This document shows positions 1-11,297 of a stretch of 64,000 nt of DNA, in pieces (within the stretch, counting starts at the first letter, position 1; each line of letters begins with the position of its first letter). A program made the position numbers and the translations under genes. Location of the stretch: assembly GCA_002189035.1 (NCBI GenBank), contig NEEC01000008.1, positions 868,001 to 932,000 on the forward strand, read 5' to 3'. Below the pieces are notes generated by a model, which made no database searches, was not told the origin of the DNA, and was given only the letters and a program-made list of their open reading frames with translations. This DNA comes from Utricularia gibba. Its lineage: Eukaryota > Plantae > Magnoliophyta.

Positions 1-7
1 CCACCAG

Positions 8-1972
8 ATCGGACAGGGTACATACAGCACCGTATTTCGAGCTCTCGATTTAGAAACAGAGCAGATGGTTGCACTCAAGAAGGTTCGTTTCGACAACTTC
101 GAACCAGAAAGCGTTCGTTTCATGGCTCGAGAGATAACCATTCTTCGTCGTCTTGATCACCCAAACATAATCAAACTGCTAGGACTCATTGCATCTCGTT
201 CTTCATGCAACATCTATCTTGTGTTTGAGTACATGGAACATGATATATCTGGACTGCTATCTTCCCCAGACATCACCTTCACTGAACCTCAGGTACTTGC
301 CTGTGCTTCTCTTGTTCAAGTAACAAACAATGAAATCCAAGTCTTATTTCCATTGCCTCCGCAGATTAAATGCTACATGAAGCAGCTGTTATCTGGGCTC
401 GAGCACTGCCATTCCCACGGTGTGATGCACCGTGACATCAAGGGGGCAAACATTTTAGTAGATAACAATGGGGTTCTCAAAGTTGCAGACTTTGGGCTAG
501 CCAACTACCTCTCAACTCGCCCTCACAGACACCCTCTTACAAGCCGTGTGGTTACTCTGTGGTATCGCCCTCCGGAGCTCTTGTTAGGGTCAACTGACTA
601 CGGAGTTACGGTTGATCTTTGGAGCACTGGATGTCTGCTTGCTGAGCTCTTGATTGGGAAGCCTATTCTTCAAGGGAGGACTGAAGTTGAGCAACTGCAC
701 AAGATATTTAAGCTTTGTGGATCCCCGCCTGAGGAGTACTGGAAGAAGACAAGACTTCCTCATGCAACTTTGTTTAAACCAAATCAACCTTACAAGAGTA
801 CACTCTGGGAAACCTTTAAGGATCACGATGAAGCCGCTGTCAAATTGATACAAACTCTGCTGTCTGTGGAGCCACACAAGAGGGGAACTGCAGCTTCTGC
901 CCTCTCATCGGAGGTACACCCCTAAAGAAAACTGCTTGCTGCATTGATATATGACCTTTTCTCATGGGTGGTTTTGCATCAGTATTTCAGGAGAGCGCCG
1001 TATGCCTGTGATCCGTCGTCTCTTCCAAGCTATCCGCCCAGCAAGGAAATCAATATAAAACGCTACGAAGAGACTTCCAGGTGATGAATGATCCATTTGG
1101 AATTTCGCCTTGTTTTCCTGTCAAGCTTAACTGGTTTGCCCCCTCCAGGAAAAAGCAAGGTGGAAGAATTCATGCACCTGATGCCAGAAAACCAACTAGA
1201 AAACAGAATGGGATAAGTAAACATGCGCCAGAAGAGGTAATTTGACTTCATACATTCGACATACTGACAGTATTATATGGATACGTGACGTTGAATTGTG
1301 GTTTGCAGACATCACGTCTTCAAAAGACCAAAGCTGATAATGGTCGAACAGTCAGAGACAGAGTGCCATCATTCCAAGGTGATGATGGCATTCTTTCTGG
1401 TCATTTACAGGCTTCAACAGCCGGAAACAACTTCGCCATGGCAACGAGAAGGGATCCTGGATTGTCCTCAAGCTCAAGAAATAGATCCAGTTCCAGAAGT
1501 CTTAACATTGTGTCATCATCATCAATACTACCTCCCCATTTCAACAACTACTTAGATCCGAATCTGACCCATAACGGCAATAGCGATCAAGCCTTCGAAA
1601 GAACCAAGTTGTCCATGGTTGAGCAATGGCGGCTGTTGGAGGACCCCGGCCTCAACACGGCGAGTCACCTTCACAGTAGCAATGATCTTCAGCCAACGGT
1701 GAAGCAGAGGTACAATCACCATGACGACGAAACTGTCGAATTTTCAGGACCCTTGATATCGCACCATCGGGGGATTGATGAACTCTTGGAGAAACACGAA
1801 CGCCACATTCGAAGGACCGTGAGGAGATCATGGTTCCATAAAGGTTAGTTAGACTTTTGCAGCCATTTCACATCTGCGATTTTTAGCCACATTGTTGCTG
1901 ACACTCACCACCCCCTCATCGCTCATTTTGAAGCAGCCAGGACCGGCAGGTGAACGTAACCTTTCAGCCTGA
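8..1972 (+). CDS. CDK-like Ser/Thr protein kinase (At1g54610/At1g09600-type), multi-exon, 5' part outside window
   Basis: IGQGTYSTVF, VALKKVRF, HRDIKGANIL, DFGLA, VVTLWYRPPELLLG; after splicing YFRRAPYACDPSSLPSYPPSKE and the C-terminal FSGPL...LLEKHERHIRRTVRRSWF motif. GT-AG introns at 293-364 and 914-982. Last exon ambiguous (stop at 1953 or 1972). Confidence 0.93.
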
Positions 1973-3225
1973 AACTCCGATGACAACCGCCATGAACACA
2001 GAGTGATGAAGGTGAAGCAAGAGGATTTAGGGCAAAAACTGTGTTTTCTGGTCCGGCTTGGGGAAACCGGTTCTGGCAGCCGGTTTTAGGGCTATTCAAC
2101 ACGTGTCTCCCGAAGCTATCTACTACAAATCACAAAACGACACGTTGAGTTTGCGGGCCCCACCAATGTCAATAATATTTATAATGAAGTTGTTTTTAAA
2201 ATAATGGCAATTTATTAGAGTATTGAAAAAAGAATATAATAATAATAAATTCTATTAAAGGTAAAAAAAAAAAAAAACACACACACACACACACATTATC
2301 GCAAACCTTCTGAAACTCTGAAGTTATTGCAGAAAGCTCATGAAGAGAACTTGAAACAAAAAGAAGGTTCAGAAGGAGGCCGAAATGGAATTGGAGAAGG
2401 CCAGGGGAACGCACTTCTCTAAAAGGGAAGTGAAAGACAGAGATACTGGCATTTCCATAGTGGCACCTGCGTTTCTTCCAAAATGGCCATCTCTGGATTT
2501 CTGTCCATGGATCAGCACACAGTGGGTTACCTCAGAAAGGGCCATATGTGCTTCTGAAAGTCGAGCCGTCAGAGTTTGTTTCCCATCTCAGAAAGGGTCA
2601 TAAGTGCTTGCCAAGGCTCTGGAGGACCCCAAATATTGTCTTTTAGCTGGTGGGAGTTATGAGATCTTTGGGTATTCGATGATTGTCAAGCCATCAAAGT
2701 GATGCATAGAATTTGTTTTCAACTTCATCAGGCCTGGTTGTGAAGGTCACTTGAGTTTCGGCATCATCTTAATTTTGGTAGCAGCATCCATAACAACTTG
2801 CTGTGAGCTTCTTAATCTCACCTCAATCCAGTATGGGATGAGAGTTGATATACATTCTTGTACAGGGCAGGTTTCTTCCACCTTGACAGGTGCTCTTTTT
2901 TGCAGCCCAGGTAGCAACAGCGAGCAATCACCCTCCCCTCTGATTTCTTGAGGAGTTTTGATGTGTAAGATTAGTATAAACGCAACTAGTGAGCAGTATC
3001 AGATGCTGATGATCTTTAGTAGGTTCATGTTTTAGTGTAACATTCTGATATGGACTAAAACAGGTTTCTTCCTCAATAGTGGGTTCGGTTTTTCATCTTA
3101 CCGAGTTCACAAGTTAAACCAGAGAGACAACATTGGACTGGTTCAGAAAAAAATGCATCCAGGAACCATTTTTTGGTTCAATAGCAAGATTCATGAAGCA
3201 ATGAATATGATCTGAGCAACAGGAT

Positions 3226-4206
3226 CTATGCTGAAAACTTGGTCTCCATCTGTCCTCCTTTTCCTTGAATTGACATTTCTGTCTGCTGAGAGTGTGGATG
3301 CTCCATGTAGTCTTCCTTGCAACTCTTTAAGAACGTGAACCAGACAATGGTTTCAAGAACAAGAAGCATGGAATACAGGTAATTGATGAGAGCTCCTTCC
3401 ATGAGGACAGCAGGTTTGGATCGCTCAGATGCTCTTACAACACGATAATGAAACAGAGAGTTTATTGCAGCCAGGCCGATGTTTATGGACCCTGCTAAAG
3501 CCATTGCAATGGAGGATCTCTCCAGGATCAGACACCAGGCCTTGAGAATGGAGCTGAATCCTCCACGTCTCTCCATCCAAGAGATGATCAATGATAAGTT
3601 GCATATAATGCAAGTGCTCGTGAGGACGATGGAATATAATATCGCCCCGGCTCCTGAAAGAAGCAAATGAAGCTCCGGGGAGGAAAGCGCGAACACCTCA
3701 ATGAAGTTGAAGCACGTGACGAGGATGCAGAAGCAAGTTGCATTAGCTACAAGGAGGAGTAAAGAGGTGAAAGTCTGAGTAATCAACAAACTAGTCAAGC
3801 TGCAAGCTGAGTAAAACAGTGTGTTTGTTTGAAGCTGTTTGCTGTCCTGCAGTGCCAAAATCGTCGACGCCTTAGAGAGGAGGAGAAAGGAGAGGGTGAA
3901 AGGCAGAACCAGAAGATGGGCGAGGAATGCTTGGCAGAGCCTGAGACCGAGAACATGGAATATCTTCATTGAGGGTGGGGATCCTGAAGCTCCAAAAAGC
4001 AAATGCAGGCGAGCTTCGACTACTAGAAAAAGAGACGAGGAGGAGACGAATGGCTGCGACAGGGAAACAGCAACAGCAAAAGGGAGTGCAAGGAAGGCAG
4101 GAGTTGAAGAGAAGACATGAAGATTTTGGAGGAACATGAAGATTGATCTTCTCATGATTGCTGACGCCCTCTCCATTGAAACAAGACTCTCTGGTTTCAT
4201 GAACAT
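3226..4206 (-). CDS. Intronless plant-specific multi-pass membrane protein (At5g61340-like, uncharacterised)
   Basis: Long hydrophobic ORF: IMRRSIFMFLQN..., ARLHLLFGASGSPP, LPFTLSFLLLSKAS, YLYSMLLVLETIV...FLKSCK. Likely ATG at 4206 or 4176. Family assignment is from recall. Confidence 0.8.
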   Translation of the reverse strand: MFMKPESLVSMERASAIMRRSIFMFLQNLHVFSSTPAFLALPFAVAVSLSQPFVSSSSLFLVVEARLHLLFGASGSPPSMKIFHVLGLRLCQAFLAHLLVLPFTLSFLLLSKASTILALQDSKQLQTNTLFYSACSLTSLLITQTFTSLLLLVANATCFCILVTCFNFIEVFALSSPELHLLLSGAGAILYSIVLTSTCIICNLSLIISWMERRGGFSSILKAWCLILERSSIAMALAGSINIGLAAINSLFHYRVVRASERSKPAVLMEGALINYLYSMLLVLETIVWFTFLKSCKEDYMEHPHSQQTEMSIQGKGGQMETKFSA

Positions 4207-6010
4207 CCCTCTCCCCACCTCCCAAAAAAGAAGTTGAAATGCAATGGAAAACCTGCCAACAACAAATGACAACTACATTTAGCAGCAACAGCAGCAGCAC
4301 AAGGAAAGATGCTCTTTTGCTGATAGCACACTTCAACTCCCCAACTACTCACTATTTCACAAAGGAGAAGAGGGCTGAGTCACTTCTCAAAAGAAGCTCC
4401 ACACAGTGGCTTTGTGAGACACCTTGGACATGAAGCTTAGCCTTTTCATCCCATGTCTTGCTTGTAGGTTAAAAAGGATTTGCCTTCTCTAATCATGCTG
4501 CTTAAGTCCTAATCCTCTTTTTTTTTGCAGAATATCAAATTTAATCTATATATTTATTATTTTTTAAATACATTAATGCTCTTTATGTTGACACTTTACC
4601 TATTATTTTTTTATATGTATGTTTTTTTATTGAATTTATAGATTGATTAATCACCATCATATTTATTGTCAATGACAATTAAAATGGGATTGCTTTGAAA
4701 TGATTGGCCCCTGGGTTCAATCATTGGATCCATTTGGTATTTGTAACCAGATGAATAAATTTGGGATTTGGTTTTTAAAAAATGATTCTGCATGAGATTA
4801 AGTTTATCCTTTTTAACATTTAATTGAGGAATTTTTAAGTCATAAATAATGTCAAAAGCATTTTTTTAAAAAAAATAATAAAATAAAACCAAAGTGTGTG
4901 TGTGGTTGTGGTTGTTTTTTTGGTTAGGTATGGATTAGATATTCATTTGATACAATTGCAACAACAAATTTTGTCTTATTCTATTCATTTATTGTGAAAA
5001 TTACTCATTTTATTAATTAAATATCTTGTAACTCTTTGGTTCTATTGCTTTATTTTGAACATGTTATGTAAAATATAAAATTTTATTTTGTATTAAATAA
5101 AAAATAACATATAACATAATATATATTATGTATTCAAATTTTATTATTTAATAAACAGTTATAGTTGTTCATAATAAAACTTAATATGAACATTTTATTA
5201 ATTTTTATATAAATTTAATTATTTTTAAATAAGTTTTTTAAAGTTTAAATCTCTATATGGGCCGAGCCGTCAAAGCTTGAAGGCCCATTAATTGGTCGGA
5301 GTAAGCCCAGATTACAGTTTCCCCTTGGCGCTGGCCGTTCTGCCTTCCTTTCCAGAGATGAAGGAAAACTGATTTTGCAGAGGAATTGGGGAATCTTAAT
5401 CTGCTTTGTTGAAAGAACCGATCTTGAACTGAACGATCAGTTGGGTGCACAAGGCCGTGCTCTAACCAAGAACCCAGATATGAGACAATGCTTTCACGAA
5501 GCTCGGCATCACTCATCGCAACTCATCATCCGACAAGATGCAGTGATATCAGATTCATATCCAAGCTTCCATCACACTTACCGGCAGCCGGTTGGACGTC
5601 CACACGGTACACGTCACCGCGAATGAGGATGGAGGAGAAGCGAACATGGGTAGGTGGCAGTGACGAAGGGGTGACTAGGAGAAAGAACACAAGGGGTAAG
5701 GCTGGTCCACAAACTTGTTGAAGTTTTATCCATTTTACAGTTGTTGGATGGTGAAACGAAAACCTGGGAATGGATGGATTGGTTTGGTGGACTAAGAGAC
5801 GGTGAGTCATTTGGATAAGACCAAATAAATGGGGACCCCAGTCACTTTTGCGCTTTTCCTCGCTCTCTGGCTCCTCATATTTCCCCGTCGCCGACGCTTT
5901 CCTTTATTTTCTCCATTCTCGGAGTTCTCTGTTTCTCATCTGATCCATTTTTTTGTTGGGTTGTCGAACCAGAGTGCAAAAAGTGATTTTGATTGGTATT
6001 TTTACAAGAG

Positions 6011-6930
6011 ATGGAGTCGTCTTGCTTGAGGACTGGTTTTGGTGGTCATAGATCAAGCGATTTTCTTGTCAAGAAAGGAGGGAATCTGGGTTTCAGAATA
6101 TGCTCTGTTCTTGAAACACTCCAGTTCAAAGAAAGGGAATCGCCATCACTGTCTCTGGGGAAATCCTCTTTTTCTATGCTGCCAGATCACAGTTTTGTCA
6201 GAGTACGCATATCTTATCTTATTACACAGGAGTAGTATGTTTATTGATGTTGACATCCATTTTCCTTGTGGTTTTGCAGTCGGCTCCGGTGAACAAACCC
6301 CTGAAATGGTGGGAGAAATCTCTTCAACCAAACATGATAGAGATTCAATCAGCTCAGCACCTGGTGGATTCTTTACAGAGCTTTGGTGACCGATTGGTGG
6401 TAGTTCATTTTTATTCTCCTGGCTGTGGAGGTTGCAAAAGTCTGCATCCAAGGTAACCAAACAATGGCCAACCAAACTGTGCTGAATCAACCTAACCATG
6501 GTTACTTCTGAATCCACAGATCTGTCAACTAGCTGAGCTAAATCCAAACACCATTTTTCTCAAAGTTAACCATGACATCCACAAGCCAATCTGCTATGCT
6601 CTCCATGTCCATGTTTTGCCCTTCTTCAGATTCTACAAAGGCGCAGATGGAAAAGTCTGCAGCTTCAGCTGCACCAATGCAACTGTTAGTGACTGAGATT
6701 TTAGCCATCCATTCACATCTCAATGGACGTGAAAGGCATATTTTCTCACATTCACTCATGTATTACAGATTAAGAAGTTCAAGGATGCATTGGCTACACA
6801 CACACCAGAGAAAGCCAGCTTCTTTGGCCCCGGAAAAGGCTTGGAAGAATGTGAAATGGATGCTTTGAATGACATGGGATTGATTTCAGTCCCGGTGGGC
6901 GATTTTATTGGTTCCTTGGCCATGCCGTAG
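6011..6930 (+). CDS. Chloroplast Lilium-type / atypical Cys-His-rich thioredoxin (CGGC active site), 4 exons
   Basis: Transit-peptide-like exon 1, then KWWEKSLQPNMIEIQSAQHLVDSL...VVVHFYSPGCGGCKSLHP|ICQLAELNPNTIFLKVN...VHVLPFFRFYKG...FSCTNAT|IKKFKDAL; stop TAG at 6928-6930. Confidence 0.9.
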
Positions 6931-8207
6931 GATCACATGGAAGGTCTTTGTGAGTTTGTGTATAGCCTGCCTACTGGTAATTGTACAAAGCGAGTCAGGG
7001 TATTTACTTTTAGAAATACAAAGGCTTGCACCAGTGAAAATGTTGGTCGCAACTCACCATTTCTTCATGGTAAATCATTTTGTCAACATCTGGAATACGG
7101 AATAACAACACGATGGGGCTGCATCAGCAATGACGTCGTGAACAGAAAGCTCCAAAAACAAGCACTTTCTGGAAGAAACAGAATGTATAGCGTCATTGCA
7201 CCAATGATCTTGGAGCCAAGAAAATTAACAATTGAAATCACTCATCCCACTTTGGACGAATCAGAATTCAGAACCATAAAAGAAGAGCTCCCCTCTCAGT
7301 TACCAATACCCCATCAGTCTAAGCACAGAACAAGAAAAATGCAGGATCCAAATTTCGAATTGCAATAACTACAAAGCACGGATACGTGGATCGACATTAT
7401 TAGTAAAAAATTTAAAAATATTAAATCGATTATATCATTTTCATGATTTTATCTACCACCATCCTTGGTTTTATCCCCCTTCCAACAATACTTTTCAAGT
7501 TATTACTAATTATATTAATAAAATAATAAAAATAATAAATTTTAAATAAATGTATACTAATCATATCCTAATAGGATAATTTCAAATTTTTCATATTCAT
7601 ATCTCAATACCCATATCGAAAGGTTCAAGCCAACAGTTTGACTTTATTCATTTTTAGAGATGATTATTATGTCGTTGTATATTTTTATTTATTAACTTTT
7701 CAAACATCAATATGGGATTGTTTTGAATTTTTGAAAAGTTAATTTATGAAAATACTCAATAAGTAGACATTTTTTATTTTTTTATATTCACATTTGTTTC
7801 TTGAAAATTAAATTCAATACATTAATTTCTTTAAATTTTTTTTTTTTGAAGTTTATGCAGATTTGTTTCCGATCATTTGATATTTTTTCATCCATTTTTA
7901 TGATGATTTTTGTTCATTTATTTTTCTTTCAACACCAAATACTTGGAAGTCAGTTTTTATTGATATACTTGAAATACTTTAAAATAAAACTATGAACCAG
8001 TATATTTCGAGTTGAACAGCTAATATACAGCATATTTTCTTGATATACAGTATACCAAAAGGGCAAAAAGAATTTATAAAAATACCAGAAGACAAGCATG
8101 GCGGTTAGAGAGGTGCTGATTCAACACAGATGAAAAGGGTCTCAATAGGAAGAGTTCAGACTGCATTTCGAGAAGAGTTGCGGAAATAAAAAAGTGTAAA
8201 GCTTTAT

Positions 8208-8286
8208 GCATCAGAGAGATTCCCAACGACGAATCATCACACTCCGAACAGAGTTCTGATGTCCCCGTCTCTTCATCGTCACTTGC
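8208..8286 (-). ncRNA. Dual-guide box C/D snoRNA (probably plant snoR44/J54 family; 25S rRNA guide)
   Basis: Minus strand GCAA-GTGACGA(C box)...AGACGGGGACA-T-CAGA(D')...GTGATGA(C')...TGGGAATCTC-T-CTGA(D)-TGC, with a GCA/TGC terminal stem. The guides are complementary to adjacent LSU rRNA segments UGUCCCUGUCU and GAGAUUCCCA (rRNA sequence recalled). Confidence 0.85.
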
Positions 8287-8374
8287 ACAAGTACATAAAG
8301 AAGCCGATAAATGTGGTTTCAGAATTTGAAGGCCAAGAGACATGGAAATAGAAGACAAGCAACAAGGAATAAAA

Positions 8375-8437
8375 GCCTCAGAATTTATATACTTTTCATT
8401 GTAGGGCACTCAAAGTATATTTAACACCATCATCGAC
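8375..8437 (-). ncRNA. Box C/D snoRNA, snR77/snoR77Y-like (18S rRNA guide)
   Basis: Minus strand GTC-GATGATG(C)...TTAAATATAC-T-TTGA(D')...ATGAAAA(C'-like)...CTGA(D)-GGC. The guide is the exact reverse complement of plant 18S GUAUAUUUAA (recalled). Confidence 0.72.
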
Positions 8438-8639
8438 TTCCAAAATGAAGCATCACTGCACCAGAACGATGAACAAACACGTAAAAGATTCATCTTTCGC
8501 CACAAGGGGTAAGTGTATATCTCCACATTATACTAAGAAAAGCAAGAAAAGTAGCGGAATTTGGGAAAATTCTCGAGAGGTTGCATTGCGTTGCGCTGAC
8601 TTGTTGGCATAAAGGTTGGGGAAGCTAGAAGGGTTTATG

Positions 8640-8730
8640 ATAAAGCCGGAGCTAGGGTTTCAATGAAATGGGTCTGGGGCATGCTAAAAAAACGGGCCTC
8701 TGCTGCAAGGCCTGATAAACAAAGCCCATC
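8640..8730. promoter_or_regulatory. Compact bidirectional promoter (telo-box + site II) between snoRNA cluster and PPR gene
   Basis: AAACCCTAG on the minus strand at 8652-8660 and AGCCCA at 8723-8728, lying between divergent transcription units. Confidence 0.55.
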
Positions 8731-8870
8731 TTCTTCTTCTTCTTCCACGATCTTCATCCTTCGGTGTGATTTCTCCGGTAAATCCCTTCACTCCTGACCT
8801 GTGTGCTTGGTTTTTTGTATGTAGGGGCTTGAAGAAAGGAACAATCTTTTTTTTTTCTTTTTTTTTCACA

Positions 8871-11297
8871 ATGGCCTTGAGAAACTTGAAAAATTTGCGT
8901 CCCCTTTTTCTGTCAAAGAATATTAGGAAAGTGAAGTCGGAGTCATCTTCTTTGTGTGATCCCAGCTCTGTTTGTTTAAAAACGTTCGCCTCTACTTTGC
9001 CGAGTATTTCGAATTTCAACAGGCTGTATTGTTCTGGGGAACCTCGAGGAGAAGGTTCAAGCGAATGGACTGAAGAAATTGAATACCTTGATGAGTCAGG
9101 CAGCGTTATATACAGTGGTAAGGGCATAAGGTCAACTGAGCCAGGGTCCGATGACCATTTTATGGTGGGTGGATTACGGAAGCCAATTTCGAATGTTCCT
9201 GCAGTGGCTAAGATTGTTGAAGTAGTGAAGAGATGGAGATGGGGTCCCGAGATGGAATCCCATTTGGATAAGTTGCCATTCGTGCCAAGTACGGCTCACA
9301 TTTCTCAGGCATTGAAGGTCATTGATGAGAGTGATGCTTCGTTGAGTTTGTTTCGATGGGCCAGAAGGCAATCTTGGTATCAGCCTAGTGATGAATGTTT
9401 TAGTGCACTTTTTGATAAGTTAAGTGCAAGTAGAGATTTTGATGGTATCCAGTCGGTTTTCGATGAAATGGCAAGCGATTTAAGTGGAACTGCGTTGTCA
9501 CAGTCTGGCTCCTATAACAGGGCTCTTCAATATCTAGCAAAGGCTGAGAAATTGGAGGTTACTTTCTGTTGTTTCAAGAAGATTCAAGAGCTGGGCTGCA
9601 AGCTTGACACTAAAACCTGCAATTCACTGATAACTTTGTTCCTGAACAAGGGGCTACCCTACAAGGCGTTTGAGATATATGAAAACATGGAAAAGGAAGG
9701 TTGCTCTTTGGATGCATCGACATATGACATGATGATACCGAGCTTGGGTAAGTCTGGTCGTCTTGATGCAGCCATGAAGCTCTTCTCAGAGATGAAGAGT
9801 AAGAGTTATCGTCCTAATCCTGGGATTTTTGTTGCCCTGATTGATGCAATGGGAAAGGCTGGGAGGCTAGATGCAGCAATGAAGGTATATATGGAAATGC
9901 AAGGTTTTGGGTGGAGAGCATCAGGAGCCATGTACGCATCTCTCATCGAATCGTATGTCAAGGCAGGAAAACTTGAAACTTCTCTCAAGCTTTGGGATGA
10001 GATGAAGAAAGCTGGATTTAGACCTAACTATGGGCTGTACACCCTGATTGTTGAGGCACATGCTAAATCTGGAAAGCTTGAAACTGCCATGTCCATCTTC
10101 TCTGAGATGGAAAAGGCCGGATTTTTACCCACCCCATCCACTTACTCTTCTCTTTTGGAGATGCAGTCAGCTGCTGGACAAGTAGATGCTGCGATAAGGT
10201 TGTATAATTCCATGACAAATGCATCTTTGCGACCGAGTCTCGCAACTTACACATCTTTGTTGACATTATTGGCAAAAAAGAAACTTGTGGATGTTGCTGC
10301 AAAAATCTTGCTTGAGATGAAGGCCATGGGTTATTCAGTGGAAGTTAGTGCTAGTGATGTCCTTATGGTCTACATAAAGGATGGCTCCATTGATCTTGGC
10401 CTGAGGTGGCTGAGTTTTATGGGTTCTTCAGGTATTCGTACAAATAACTTCATCATCAGGCAGCTATTTGAGTCTTGCATGAAGAATGGTTTATACGAGT
10501 CTGCTAAGCCTCTCCTTGAAACTTATGTTAACGCCGCGGCTCGTGTCGACCTCATACTCTATACATCAATTCTAGCACATCTTATAAGATGCCAAGATGA
10601 GCAGAAGGAGAGGCATTTGATGTCAATACTGAGTGCTACAAAGCACAAGGCTCATGCTTTCTTATGTGGGCTATTCACTGGTCCGGAGCAGAGGAAACAA
10701 CCGGTTCTAACCTTTGTCCGAGAATTCTTCCAAGGGATTGACTTTGAGTTAGAGGAAGGGGCAGCCAGATACTTTGTTAATGTCCTCCTCAACTACCTGG
10801 TCCTAATGGGGCAGATAAATCGCGCTCGTTGCGTTTGGAAAGTGTCTTATGAGAACAAACTCTTCCCCAAGGCGATCGTCTTCGATCAGCACATTGCCTG
10901 GTCACTGGATGTCAGGAATTTATCTGTTGGGGCTGCCCTCATAGCAGTTGTGCACACACTCCACAGATTCAGAAAGCGAATGCTGTACTATGGGATGGTG
11001 CCAAGACGGATAAAGTTGGTCACCGGGCCAACTCTGAAGCTGGTGATAGCACAGATGCTGAGCTCCATGGAATCGCCCTTCGAAGTCAGTAAGGTTGTGC
11101 TGAGGGCGACTGGGGATTCCGTTTCCGAGTGGTTTAAGAAGCCGATTGTGCAACAGTTCCTTCTGAACGAGATACCATCAAGATCAGATATTCTGATGCA
11201 CAAGCTCAACGTGCTTTTCCCCAGTTCAGCTCCCGAAATCAGATCCTTATCACCTCCCAAACCATTGGTCAGTGGGAAGAGAATGGAGCAGCGTTAG
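8871..11297 (+). CDS. EMB2217: Mitochondrial P-class PPR protein with C-terminal SMR domain (At1g79490/EMB2217-like), intronless
   Basis: WTEEIEYLDESGSVIYSGKGIRS, tandem 35-aa PPR repeats, C-terminal LDVRNLSVGAALIAVVHTL...RIKLVTG (SMR). First in-frame ATG after the T-rich leader is at 8871. Confidence 0.92.
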   Translation: MALRNLKNLRPLFLSKNIRKVKSESSSLCDPSSVCLKTFASTLPSISNFNRLYCSGEPRGEGSSEWTEEIEYLDESGSVIYSGKGIRSTEPGSDDHFMVGGLRKPISNVPAVAKIVEVVKRWRWGPEMESHLDKLPFVPSTAHISQALKVIDESDASLSLFRWARRQSWYQPSDECFSALFDKLSASRDFDGIQSVFDEMASDLSGTALSQSGSYNRALQYLAKAEKLEVTFCCFKKIQELGCKLDTKTCNSLITLFLNKGLPYKAFEIYENMEKEGCSLDASTYDMMIPSLGKSGRLDAAMKLFSEMKSKSYRPNPGIFVALIDAMGKAGRLDAAMKVYMEMQGFGWRASGAMYASLIESYVKAGKLETSLKLWDEMKKAGFRPNYGLYTLIVEAHAKSGKLETAMSIFSEMEKAGFLPTPSTYSSLLEMQSAAGQVDAAIRLYNSMTNASLRPSLATYTSLLTLLAKKKLVDVAAKILLEMKAMGYSVEVSASDVLMVYIKDGSIDLGLRWLSFMGSSGIRTNNFIIRQLFESCMKNGLYESAKPLLETYVNAAARVDLILYTSILAHLIRCQDEQKERHLMSILSATKHKAHAFLCGLFTGPEQRKQPVLTFVREFFQGIDFELEEGAARYFVNVLLNYLVLMGQINRARCVWKVSYENKLFPKAIVFDQHIAWSLDVRNLSVGAALIAVVHTLHRFRKRMLYYGMVPRRIKLVTGPTLKLVIAQMLSSMESPFEVSKVVLRATGDSVSEWFKKPIVQQFLLNEIPSRSDILMHKLNVLFPSSAPEIRSLSPPKPLVSGKRMEQR

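Noticed and set aside
5430-5535. ATGATGA...CTGA pair on the minus strand resembling a C/D snoRNA
   Set aside because: No guide complementary to any rRNA/snRNA sequence I can recall, and the nearby site II motifs lie on the wrong side.
6937-7368. 143-aa ORF after the thioredoxin stop
   Set aside because: No homology signal; most simply 3' UTR or downstream sequence.
8074-8409. 111-aa ORF in the track
   Set aside because: No recognisable protein features; it overlaps two well-formed C/D snoRNAs on the same strand.
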